Shown: positions 10,223 to 18,615 of the stretch, in pieces
How positions within the stretch are numbered: position 1 is the stretch's first letter
Layout of the letters: every line of letters begins with the position of its first letter
Source: Blastococcus sp.
Lineage (GTDB): Bacteria; Actinomycetota; Actinomycetes; Mycobacteriales; Geodermatophilaceae
DNA length: 64,000 bases
NCBI GenBank assembly: GCA_025965795.1
Contig: JAOPWH010000118.1
Span: forward strand, 5,091 to 69,090
Direction: 5' to 3'
Position numbers and translations under genes: made by a program
Notes under the pieces: generated by a model
Told to the model about the DNA's origin: nothing
Databases searched by the model: none
Seen by the model: only the letters and a program-made list of their open reading frames with translations

Positions 10223-10273
10223 GTGTAGCGTGCAACTTGTTGTTTGCATCCTGCAACGGGTTGTAACCTGCAC
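10223..10273 (+). promoter_or_regulatory. Putative MarR operator array
   Basis: TTGCA-TCC-TGCAA palindrome (10244-10256) plus two degenerate copies at 10223 and 10261. Confidence 0.55.
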
Positions 10274-10305
10274 CTGTTTCTCCCGCCCCGTTCCCGAGAG
10301 GTCAG

Positions 10306-10824
10306 ATGACCCCCTCCGCCCCCGCTCCGGCGGACCAGGCGGGCCGCCTCGCCGAGGTGCGCTCGCTGTCCGAGCAGCTACCCCGGTTCATGCGCCTGGT
10401 GCACGCGATCAAGTCGCAGCAGGCCAGCGAGTCGCGCGACCGCGCCGCCCTGGTGCTCCTCTATCCGCTGGTCCGGCTCGGGCCGTTGCGGCAGAGCGCG
10501 CTGGCCGATCTCGTGCACGCCGACCCCTCGACGGTGAGCCGGCACGTGGCCGCCCTCGTCGAGCAGGGCCTGGTGACCCGGGTCGCCGACGAGTCCGACG
10601 GGCGGGCCAGCCGGCTCGTCGTCACCGATGCCGGCCACACCGCACTGGAGGCCCTCCGCAGTGAGCGCGAGGCCGGACTCGCGCGGGTCACCGCCGGGTG
10701 GTCCGACTCCGACCTCGCCACGTTCACCACGCTGTTCGGTCGTCTCCTGGACGACATCTCCGCCAGTCTTCCCGGCGCCCCTGACGGCGGCGCCCTCCTC
10801 GACCTTCCGAAAGAGAACCGATGA
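10306..10824 (+). CDS. MarR-family regulator
   Basis: LADLVHADPSTVSRHVAALVEQGLV...DGRA winged helix. Confidence 0.92.
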   Translation: MTPSAPAPADQAGRLAEVRSLSEQLPRFMRLVHAIKSQQASESRDRAALVLLYPLVRLGPLRQSALADLVHADPSTVSRHVAALVEQGLVTRVADESDGRASRLVVTDAGHTALEALRSEREAGLARVTAGWSDSDLATFTTLFGRLLDDISASLPGAPDGGALLDLPKENR

Positions 10825-12563
10825 CCCAGGCCACCTCCCGCGCCAGCGAGCGGCGGGACGCCCGTGCGGCGGCCGCCGCGCCGGACGCCAGCGGCGTCTT
10901 CACCCACCGCCAGATCGTCACGATCCTCGCGGGCCTCCTGCTCGGGATGTTCCTCGCGGCGCTCGACCAGACGGTCGTCTCCACCGCGATCCGCACGATC
11001 GCCGACGACCTCAACGGCTACGACCTCCAGGCCTGGGCGACGACGGCGTTCCTCATCACCTCGACGATCGCCACGCCGCTGTACGGGAAGCTGTCGGACC
11101 TCTACGGACGGCGGCCGTTCTACCTGTTCGCGATCGGCGTCTTCGTCCTCGGCTCCATGCTCTGCGGACTCGCCGACTCGATGTACCAGCTGGCCGCCTA
11201 CCGGGCCATCCAGGGCATCGGTGCCGGCGGTCTGATGTCGCTGGCACTGGCGATCATCGGCGACATCGTGCCCCCGCGCGAGCGGTCGAAGTACCAGGGC
11301 TTCTTCATGGCGGTCTTCGGCACGTCCAGCGTGCTGGGCCCGGTCATCGGTGGCTTCCTGGCCGGCCAGGACTCGCTGCTCGGCATCACCGGCTGGCGCT
11401 GGATCTTCTACGTCAACGTCCCGCTGGGCATCCTGGCGTTCGTCGTCGTCATGCGGGTGCTGCACCTGCCGCACACCCGCCGCGAGCACCGCATCGACTG
11501 GCCGGGCGCGCTGGCGCTGGTCGTCGCCCTCGTGCCGCTGCTGATCGTGGCCGAGCAGGGCCGCACCTGGGGCTGGGGCTCCGGCCGTGCGCTGATCTGC
11601 TATGCCATCGGCGTCGTCGGGCTGATCGCCTTCGTGCTCGCCGAGCGGGCATACCAGGACGACGCACTGCTGCCCCTGCGCCTGTTCAAGAACCGCAGCT
11701 TCGCGATCGGCAGCATCGGAAGCATCGTCCTGGGCGCCGGCATGTTCGGCGGCATCCTGCTGCTCCCGCAGTACCTGCAGATCGTGCACGGCTCCAGCCC
11801 CACGGTCGCCGGGCTGCAGATGATTCCGCTCGTCGCCGGCATCATGACCGGGGCGATGGGCTCGGGTATCGCGATCGGCAGGACCGGCAGGTACAAGATC
11901 TTCCCGCTGGTCGGCATCGTGTTCATCGTGGCGGCGCTGGTCTCGATGTCGTTCATCCTCGGCGCGGACACCTCGGTGTGGAGCCTGGTGCCGTTCATGG
12001 TCCTGCTGGGCATCGGCCTGGGCTTCAACTTCCAGCCGGTCATCCTCGCGGTGCAGAACGCCGTGTCCCCGCGGGAGATGGGCGTCGCGACGTCGTCGGT
12101 CACGTTCTTCCGCCAGATGGGCGGCACGATCGGGGTCGCGGCGTTCCTGTCGATCCTGTTCACGACGCTGCCGACCAAGATCGGCAACGCGTTCGCCGAC
12201 GCCGGCCTGAGCGGGGTCGCGGGATCCGTCGACCTGGACAAGGCGTTGAGCGACACGTCGCAGATCTCCGCAGCGCCGGCGGCCGTGGTCCACGCCTTCA
12301 AGAGCGGGTTCTCCGACTCGATCGACCTGGTCTTCCTGGTCGCGGCGGCGGTCGTGGCCATCGGCTTCTTCGTCATGCTCTTCCTGCCGGAGGTCCCGCT
12401 CAGCGACAAGTCGGGCATCCAGGCCCTGCAGGAGGACGGCCAGGGCCCGGGCACGGCAGTCACCCCGGACATCGAGGCCGACCAGCCGGTCCAGTCGGTG
12501 GGGGCGTCCGCGCCGACGTCGACCGCCCCGCCGGCCGGCACGCCGGAGGACCCGCGCCGCTGA
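10821..12563 (+). CDS. DHA2 (EmrB/QacA-type) MFS efflux transporter
   Basis: LAALDQTVV, GKLSDLYGRR, WRWIFYVNVP; about 14 TM; ATGA overlap with marR. Confidence 0.93.
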   Translation: MTQATSRASERRDARAAAAAPDASGVFTHRQIVTILAGLLLGMFLAALDQTVVSTAIRTIADDLNGYDLQAWATTAFLITSTIATPLYGKLSDLYGRRPFYLFAIGVFVLGSMLCGLADSMYQLAAYRAIQGIGAGGLMSLALAIIGDIVPPRERSKYQGFFMAVFGTSSVLGPVIGGFLAGQDSLLGITGWRWIFYVNVPLGILAFVVVMRVLHLPHTRREHRIDWPGALALVVALVPLLIVAEQGRTWGWGSGRALICYAIGVVGLIAFVLAERAYQDDALLPLRLFKNRSFAIGSIGSIVLGAGMFGGILLLPQYLQIVHGSSPTVAGLQMIPLVAGIMTGAMGSGIAIGRTGRYKIFPLVGIVFIVAALVSMSFILGADTSVWSLVPFMVLLGIGLGFNFQPVILAVQNAVSPREMGVATSSVTFFRQMGGTIGVAAFLSILFTTLPTKIGNAFADAGLSGVAGSVDLDKALSDTSQISAAPAAVVHAFKSGFSDSIDLVFLVAAAVVAIGFFVMLFLPEVPLSDKSGIQALQEDGQGPGTAVTPDIEADQPVQSVGASAPTSTAPPAGTPEDPRR

Positions 12564-12583
12564 GCTGCTCCAGATGGGCACGG

Positions 12584-12623
12584 ACCGAGGGCTGCTCCTC
12601 CGACTGGAGGGGCAGCCCTCGGT
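12584..12623. terminator. Bidirectional terminator hairpin
   Basis: ACCGAGGGCTGC-TCCTCC...GGAGGG-GCAGCCCTCGGT between convergent genes. Confidence 0.75.
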
Positions 12624-12650
12624 TCGAACCGGTCATGCGGGGACAGGCGC

Positions 12651-13499
12651 TCAGTGGACGAGCACCTTGCGGGTCGTCGAGGTGCTGTTCACGCCGTCGG
12701 AGACGGTGAGGGTGGCGAAGTAGGACCTACCCTTCTGGGCGGGGTAGGTGTGCTTCACCACGGCGCCATGGCCGGTGGGGCTGCCGTCACCGAACTTCCA
12801 GGAATAGGTGAGCGCCTGCCCCTCCGGGTCGGAGCTGTTACCGGCGTTGAAGCCGAAGGTCCGGTAGTTCTGGTCACCGCCACTGTTCAGCGTGAATGTC
12901 GCGTTCGGTGGCAGGTTCTCCGCGGCAAAGATGTATCTGCAGTCGTGGAACGTCATCGACTTCATGCTCACGGTGTCGTCAGCCGCGAGCCCCGGTCCGT
13001 AGTTGGCGTCGAACTCGGTGATCTTCGCGTCCGGGTTCGCGCTCTTGAATTGGGCCAGCGTGCCCATGAAGTCGTAGACGCCGCCGGTCGACGATCCGCT
13101 GTGCCACACGCCCGTGCCATAGGACTGCGGCTCGTAGAACAGGTTGTCGATCGCGTCCATGGTCGCGGAGTCGCCGTCCTGGTCGATGCCCAGGTAGTAC
13201 GCGAAGCCCGGCTTGTAGACGTCCTTCCCGTCATCGGTCGTGATCGAGTAGTTGTTCTGATTCGTCCGCAGGGCCACCTCCGCGACGGCCTTGCCCACGT
13301 ACGCCTGCGTGCTGCCGCCGGTGACGTTGGCGCTGTTCGCGTCGAACTCCGTCTGCACGAAGTAGAAACCGTGCGGGCTTCCGGGCGTGATCACCGAACT
13401 GCAGCCCGGCGGTGCCGCGGCAGAGGCGGGAATTGCGATCATGGCGGCGGTACCCGCGCCGACGAGGGTGGCCATGACGGCCGAGGCGGTCTTGCGCAT
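12651..13499 (-). CDS. Secreted protein with C-terminal PKD domain
   Basis: AAGGAG RBS; signal peptide ending ASA; SSDPEG...YSWKFGDG...HTY...LTVSDG PKD signature. Confidence 0.85.
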   Translation of the reverse strand: MRKTASAVMATLVGAGTAAMIAIPASAAAPPGCSSVITPGSPHGFYFVQTEFDANSANVTGGSTQAYVGKAVAEVALRTNQNNYSITTDDGKDVYKPGFAYYLGIDQDGDSATMDAIDNLFYEPQSYGTGVWHSGSSTGGVYDFMGTLAQFKSANPDAKITEFDANYGPGLAADDTVSMKSMTFHDCRYIFAAENLPPNATFTLNSGGDQNYRTFGFNAGNSSDPEGQALTYSWKFGDGSPTGHGAVVKHTYPAQKGRSYFATLTVSDGVNSTSTTRKVLVH

Positions 13500-13978
13500 G
13501 ACAGTCTCCTTGGGGACGAGCGGTGCAGTGGTCGCCGTCTTTCGCCGGCGCGAACCCTCGCCCTCCTGACTGCCACACCGTTCCGTCAGCCGGGCGCCCG
13601 ATTGCTTCGGACCCCGGCACCGTCCCACGGTCGCCGACAATCGAACGGAAATCCCGACCGCTCACATGAATTGGTTGTCCAAAGCAATTCGCCCTAGTTC
13701 GCGTATGTGGTTTCTGTGCGTCACGGCCACTCCGGATCGCGGATTCGGCGCTCTGCATTCAGAACGTTCCGTGTGGGCAGGACTGCGCCCAGTGACCTAC
13801 TTGTTCGACCGTTGACAGCAGTGGGAGAGCGACTCAGACTGTCCGCGGGCGCCTTCACGGGGGACGTGCTGACGCTTCTCGGCAGCGCCCGCTTTCTCCC
13901 AGTGCTGCGTGCCCTTCCTGCTGGCCCGGTTCCGGGTCGTTCCCGCACCGCTGCCGCACACTGTGAGGACTGCAATCG

Positions 13979-16900
13979 ATGGCACTGGCCGACGCCCGTC
14001 GCGGGCTGCCATGGCGGCTGCGCGTTCCCCTCGCCGTCGCCGCGCTGCTCGCCCCGCTCGCCTCCGCGGTCGACACGGCGGCGGCGGCCTGTGCCCTTGC
14101 GCCGGTCCTCCGGGACGTCACCACGCAGCAGGGCCTGGGCTCGCAACCGGTCCTCGTGCGGGGCAAGGAGGCGCTCGCCAAGCTCTACCTGAGCCTGCCG
14201 TCCTGCGCGGGCACCTCGTCCTCCGTCGCCGTGACCGCCGCGACGTTGAGCGTCTCGGCCGGTGGCACCAGCACGACGATCCGCTCCTACCGGCCTGCTC
14301 CCGGCACCACCCCGGCACCGCTGGTTCCCAAGTACGCCGCTGCCCCGGCCCTCGACGCCGTGGCCGACCCCACGTTCGTGGTCCCCGGCTCGACTCTGGC
14401 ACCGACCTCGACCACTGCCCGGTTCACCGCGTCCTTCTCGGCCACGGTGACCTGGTCGGCGAAGTCCAGCAGCACCGCGGCCCCGGTGACCGGCACGACG
14501 ACGTTCCGGACGCGCCCCGGCTCGACGGCGCCGATCACGGCGACCGTGGAGAAGCGGACGAACGCCCTGCGGCTGCTCTTCGTGCCGATGGGTAACGCCG
14601 GCCTTTCCTACGCCGAGCAGTTCCCGGAGTCCGCGCGCACCGCGACGGTGTCGGGCGTGAACACGCTGAGCCGCATCTTCCCCGTGCCCGCAGGCGTCAG
14701 CGACCTGGCCGCGACCTCGAGCACCGCCGGCGTCCGGTATGCGATCGCGCCGACGCTGCTCGACGTCGGCAAGCTGACCCGCGCCGACGGGAAGTTCTGC
14801 GGCTCGCAGACGAACTTCGACGCCGTCAAGGGCGCGCTCGGCCAGTTCATGCTCTCGTGGAACACCGCCAATCCGAACACGCCCGCCGACCGCGTCGTGG
14901 GCGTGGTGGCCGACGCGGTCAGCCTCGGCGGATCGGCCGGCTGCGCCGACGGCATGGCCGCCATGAACGGCACCCAGGCGTGGGTGCGCGCCCTGCCCGA
15001 CGCCGCAGGCGCGCCCTCCCCCACCGGCGCCCTCATGGGCATGGAGCTCGGCCACACGTTCGGCATGGTGCCCGCGACCCGCGACGCCTTCGCCGACCTC
15101 TTCCACTCGCCGTACACGGCAGCGGACACCAGCGCACCGAACCGGGCGTTCAACACCACCCTTCGGTCGTTCCTCGTCGACGACAAGTCGGTCATGACCA
15201 TGTCGGGCACCTGGAACAACGCGGTGACCCTCCTCGAGCCCGCCGACTGGTCGGGCACCCTCTGCCGGTTGGGCGGTGCGACCACTGCCGACTGCACCGT
15301 GCCCGGCACCGTCGGGACGGCAACGGGAGTCGGCGCGGAACCCACCTTCGTGATGTCCGGGACGACCGACGGGCACGACCAGGCCGGCACCAGCCTGGTC
15401 GAGTCCTACTGGGCGCCCTCGGTGCCGCGCACGACACCCGACCCCGCGAGTCCGTACCGGCTCGTCCAGCGCTCCGGCAACGGGCAGGTGCTGCGGGACG
15501 ACGGCGTCACCGTCACCTTCTCGGGCAGCGACCACCACGACGGAGCCCCCGCCGGCGGCACCCACCCCGTGGGCGTGTTCACCCTCGCCGTCCCGTTCAA
15601 CACCGGCGCCGACCGGATCGAATTGTGGAGCGGCTCCCCCGGCTCGGCCGGCTCGACGTTGCTCTATGCCCGCGACCGCAGCGCCCCACCGTCGGTGGCG
15701 AGCACCTCGGTGACCACCACACCGGGCGGAGGTGGGGGCGGGGGCTTCGACCCGGCCCTGAACCAGCGGGTGAGCCAGGACGGCGCCACCGTCGGCAACG
15801 GGCACACGTACACCGCCGCCGTGAGCGGGGATGGTCGGTTCGTGGTCTTCACTTCGGCATCGAACAATCTGGTCCCCGGCGACAGCAATGGAGTAGCCGA
15901 CGTCTTCGTCCGCGATCTGACCACCGGCGCCGTCGATCGGGTGAACATCGCCGACGGCGGAGCCCAGGCGAACGCGGAGACGCACAACCATCCGAACAGC
16001 GCGCCGTCGGTCAGCGACGACGGCCGCTACGTCGCCTTCACCAGCGAGGCGTCCAACCTCGTGCCGGACGACACGAACGGCGGCACGGACGTCTTCGTGC
16101 GCGACCGGATCAGCGGCACCACGACAAGGGTCAGCCGGCCCGACAGCGGCTCTGAGTTCGCCACGAACCGGTCGACCTACGCCCCGGTCATCAGCGGGGA
16201 CGGGTCGTCCGTCGCGTTCGTGTCGGACCGCTTCGACCTGGTCGCCGGGGACACGAACAACCAGCCGGACGTCTTCCTCCGGGACCTCACCGGCGGCGGC
16301 CTGCTGGAGCGGGTCAGCATCGGCGATGACGAGGCCCAGCCGAACTCGGCCAGCTTCGGCCCCTCGCTGTCCGACGACGGCCGGTTCGTCGCCTTCAGCA
16401 GCTGGGCGGCGAACCTCGTGGCCGACGACACCAACGGGATCGCCGACGTGTTCGTCCGCGACCGCCAGGCGGACACGACCGAACGGGTCAGCGTCGACAG
16501 CTCCGGTGCCCAGGCGAGCGGCGATCAGCAGAACAGTGGTCTCGAGACGACGATCAGCGACGACGGCGCCCTCGTCGGCTTCAGCTCGACCGCCACCGAC
16601 CTGACGGGCGGTGACAACAACGACACCTGGGACGCATTCCTCCACGACCGTGAGACCGGCGCTACCCGGCGGATAAGCGACTCCGAGCTCTTCGACGGCG
16701 CCTACCTGCCCAGTCTCAGCGGGGACGGCCAGTACGTCGGTTTCAGCGGCCGGTCCTGGTCGCCCGACAGTGGGTGGGGGTGGCGGGCCTACGTCCTCGC
16801 CCTGTCCACCGATGATCTCCAACGAGCGATCAGCAGGACCTCCGGGGACGACGCCAACGACGTCGGGGCACCGAGCCTCTCCGACGACGGGGGGCGCGCG

Positions 16901-18055
16901 GTGATGACGGCGAACACGACGGATCTGGTGGGCGACGGTGAACCCTTCGGCATCAGTCACGCCTACGCCAGTACCCGCGCGGACGCGGGACCGCCGCTCC
17001 CGGCCGGGCAGGAGCAGGTCTCCGTGGTCGCCACCGACGACCACCCGGAGGACCAGCGGCTCGATCTGCTCTACCGCTGTCCCGACGGCACGGCCTCCCC
17101 GGTCGCCGTCGGGCTCGTCCCCACCGAGATCGACGCGGGCAGCGCGTCGTGGGCCACGAACTTCGACGCGAGCCTGGGATGTGAGGGCGGCGACCTCGTG
17201 ACCCGTGTCAACGACGGGTTCGACCTGGCGACGGCAGCACAGGCCGGCAGCGTTCCCGCGGAGACCTCCGGCCCCGGGGTGCCGATCGCCGCGATCACCC
17301 GTCCCGCGGCCACCGTGCTGCAGTTCGAGGGGGTCGTCCTGGACGGCTCAGGGCGGGACGCAGAGGACGGAACCCTGGGCGGTTCGGCACTCAGCTGGGC
17401 GGTCACCGGTCCGGGCACGAACCGGCAGGGCAGCGGCGGGCACGTCGACCTCCTCCCGTCGTCCCGTGGCTGGTCGGCCGGCACCTACGTGATCACCCTG
17501 AACGCACGCGACAGCTCGGGCCGGACCGGGACCGACACGGCGACGTTCACCGTGCTGCCGGACGCCGACCACGACGGGCTGCCGCCGTCGGCAGACGTCC
17601 GCAGCTGCGGTGGGACGTCCGCCGACGCCGATCCCTCGAACGCCTACGCCGATCCCGACGGTGACGGGGTACCGAGCCGTGACGACTACTCCCTCGGCGG
17701 AACGGCCGCGGTCTGCGTGGCCCGGACCGCCTACGACGCGCAGCTCACCCTCAGTTCGCTCACCGCGACGACCGGCGTCCTGAAGGTCCGCGTGCCCTAT
17801 CGCGATCTGCGCACGGTCTCCGGTCCCAGCATCAGGGTCACCGACATCTCCGGCAGGCCGGTGACCTTCCGGGCCGCGGGCTGGTCGGTGAGCGGTGGGG
17901 TCGGCACCGCCCGGTTCGACGTCCGGCCGATCCGCGCCTTCCTGGCCGCCAACGGCATGACCGACTCCCAGCCGGTGGTCACGGTCACCGGCTCCGGGAC
18001 GGCGGCCGGGCGCCCGTGGACCTTCCGCGGGCTCGTCAGCTATCCGCCCCGTTGA
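13979..18055 (+). CDS. Large secreted multidomain protein: zincin-like region, TolB-like/PD40 beta-propeller, Ig-like domain, DxDxDG Ca-binding repeats
   Basis: Signal peptide; MELGHTFG; repeated S.DGR.V.F.S.A.NLV..DTNG..DVFVRD; DADHDG and DPDGDG; 1358 aa. Confidence 0.82.
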   Translation: MALADARRGLPWRLRVPLAVAALLAPLASAVDTAAAACALAPVLRDVTTQQGLGSQPVLVRGKEALAKLYLSLPSCAGTSSSVAVTAATLSVSAGGTSTTIRSYRPAPGTTPAPLVPKYAAAPALDAVADPTFVVPGSTLAPTSTTARFTASFSATVTWSAKSSSTAAPVTGTTTFRTRPGSTAPITATVEKRTNALRLLFVPMGNAGLSYAEQFPESARTATVSGVNTLSRIFPVPAGVSDLAATSSTAGVRYAIAPTLLDVGKLTRADGKFCGSQTNFDAVKGALGQFMLSWNTANPNTPADRVVGVVADAVSLGGSAGCADGMAAMNGTQAWVRALPDAAGAPSPTGALMGMELGHTFGMVPATRDAFADLFHSPYTAADTSAPNRAFNTTLRSFLVDDKSVMTMSGTWNNAVTLLEPADWSGTLCRLGGATTADCTVPGTVGTATGVGAEPTFVMSGTTDGHDQAGTSLVESYWAPSVPRTTPDPASPYRLVQRSGNGQVLRDDGVTVTFSGSDHHDGAPAGGTHPVGVFTLAVPFNTGADRIELWSGSPGSAGSTLLYARDRSAPPSVASTSVTTTPGGGGGGGFDPALNQRVSQDGATVGNGHTYTAAVSGDGRFVVFTSASNNLVPGDSNGVADVFVRDLTTGAVDRVNIADGGAQANAETHNHPNSAPSVSDDGRYVAFTSEASNLVPDDTNGGTDVFVRDRISGTTTRVSRPDSGSEFATNRSTYAPVISGDGSSVAFVSDRFDLVAGDTNNQPDVFLRDLTGGGLLERVSIGDDEAQPNSASFGPSLSDDGRFVAFSSWAANLVADDTNGIADVFVRDRQADTTERVSVDSSGAQASGDQQNSGLETTISDDGALVGFSSTATDLTGGDNNDTWDAFLHDRETGATRRISDSELFDGAYLPSLSGDGQYVGFSGRSWSPDSGWGWRAYVLALSTDDLQRAISRTSGDDANDVGAPSLSDDGGRAVMTANTTDLVGDGEPFGISHAYASTRADAGPPLPAGQEQVSVVATDDHPEDQRLDLLYRCPDGTASPVAVGLVPTEIDAGSASWATNFDASLGCEGGDLVTRVNDGFDLATAAQAGSVPAETSGPGVPIAAITRPAATVLQFEGVVLDGSGRDAEDGTLGGSALSWAVTGPGTNRQGSGGHVDLLPSSRGWSAGTYVITLNARDSSGRTGTDTATFTVLPDADHDGLPPSADVRSCGGTSADADPSNAYADPDGDGVPSRDDYSLGGTAAVCVARTAYDAQLTLSSLTATTGVLKVRVPYRDLRTVSGPSIRVTDISGRPVTFRAAGWSVSGGVGTARFDVRPIRAFLAANGMTDSQPVVTVTGSGTAAGRPWTFRGLVSYPPR
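15820..16670 (+). repeat. Intragenic beta-propeller blade repeats (about 60 aa period)
   Basis: Five GDSNGVADVFVRD-like units recurring about every 180 nt (approximate limits). Confidence 0.8.
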
Positions 18056-18110
18056 CCGGGCCGGTCGCGTCCGCAACCATCTGCCCGCCGCACTCCACCA
18101 GGAGGACCCC

Positions 18111-18590
18111 ATGAGGAAGCTGCTCCGCCGGACGCTCCCGGCCGCCGCCTTCGCCGCACTCACGCTGGGATCGGCGTTTCCCGCGGCCGCGGCGTGTCCG
18201 GTGGGCGAGCCCCCACGCGGCCTGCGCTGCGCGGACGTCGTCGACGGGTCGGCCGCGTACACGACCCAGCAGGGTCAGACCCCGCCCACCGTCCTGGCCG
18301 AGGCCGTCCTGGCCAAGCAGGCCTGTCGGAAGGTCCAGTACACCCTGCAGATCTTCGACGAGGCCACGTCGGCCAGGCCCATGATCCGGCTCTCGGGCAC
18401 GCCGACCACCGATGAGGCCGGGCGACCGGTCGTGCGGTTCGAGCACGAGGTCCTCCAGGAGGCCGGCGACGAGACCCTGTGCGTCCGGTTCGTGACCCGG
18501 CTCGGCAAGCGGGTGCTCGATCTCGCGCCGGACACGGGGTGTGCCGAACTGCTGCTCGACGGTCCCCCGCCGGGTCGCAACTTCCGCTGA
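18111..18590 (+). CDS. Small secreted Cys-containing protein
   Basis: AGGAGG RBS; signal peptide; five Cys. Confidence 0.72.
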   Translation: MRKLLRRTLPAAAFAALTLGSAFPAAAACPVGEPPRGLRCADVVDGSAAYTTQQGQTPPTVLAEAVLAKQACRKVQYTLQIFDEATSARPMIRLSGTPTTDEAGRPVVRFEHEVLQEAGDETLCVRFVTRLGKRVLDLAPDTGCAELLLDGPPPGRNFR

Positions 18591-18615
18591 CGGACCCGCC
18601 GACGGGAGGCGCCGG

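Noticed and set aside
13513-13626. Cobalamin or c-di-GMP riboswitch call for the PKD leader
   Set aside because: Only fragments (GGAA-CGGTG, CCACTG, GAAA loop) match; the conserved cores and their order are absent. Kept only as an unclassified candidate.
15820-16670. Periodic repeats that could suggest a CRISPR-like array
   Set aside because: They are degenerate, in-frame protein repeats (propeller blades); no cas genes or constant repeat-spacer structure.
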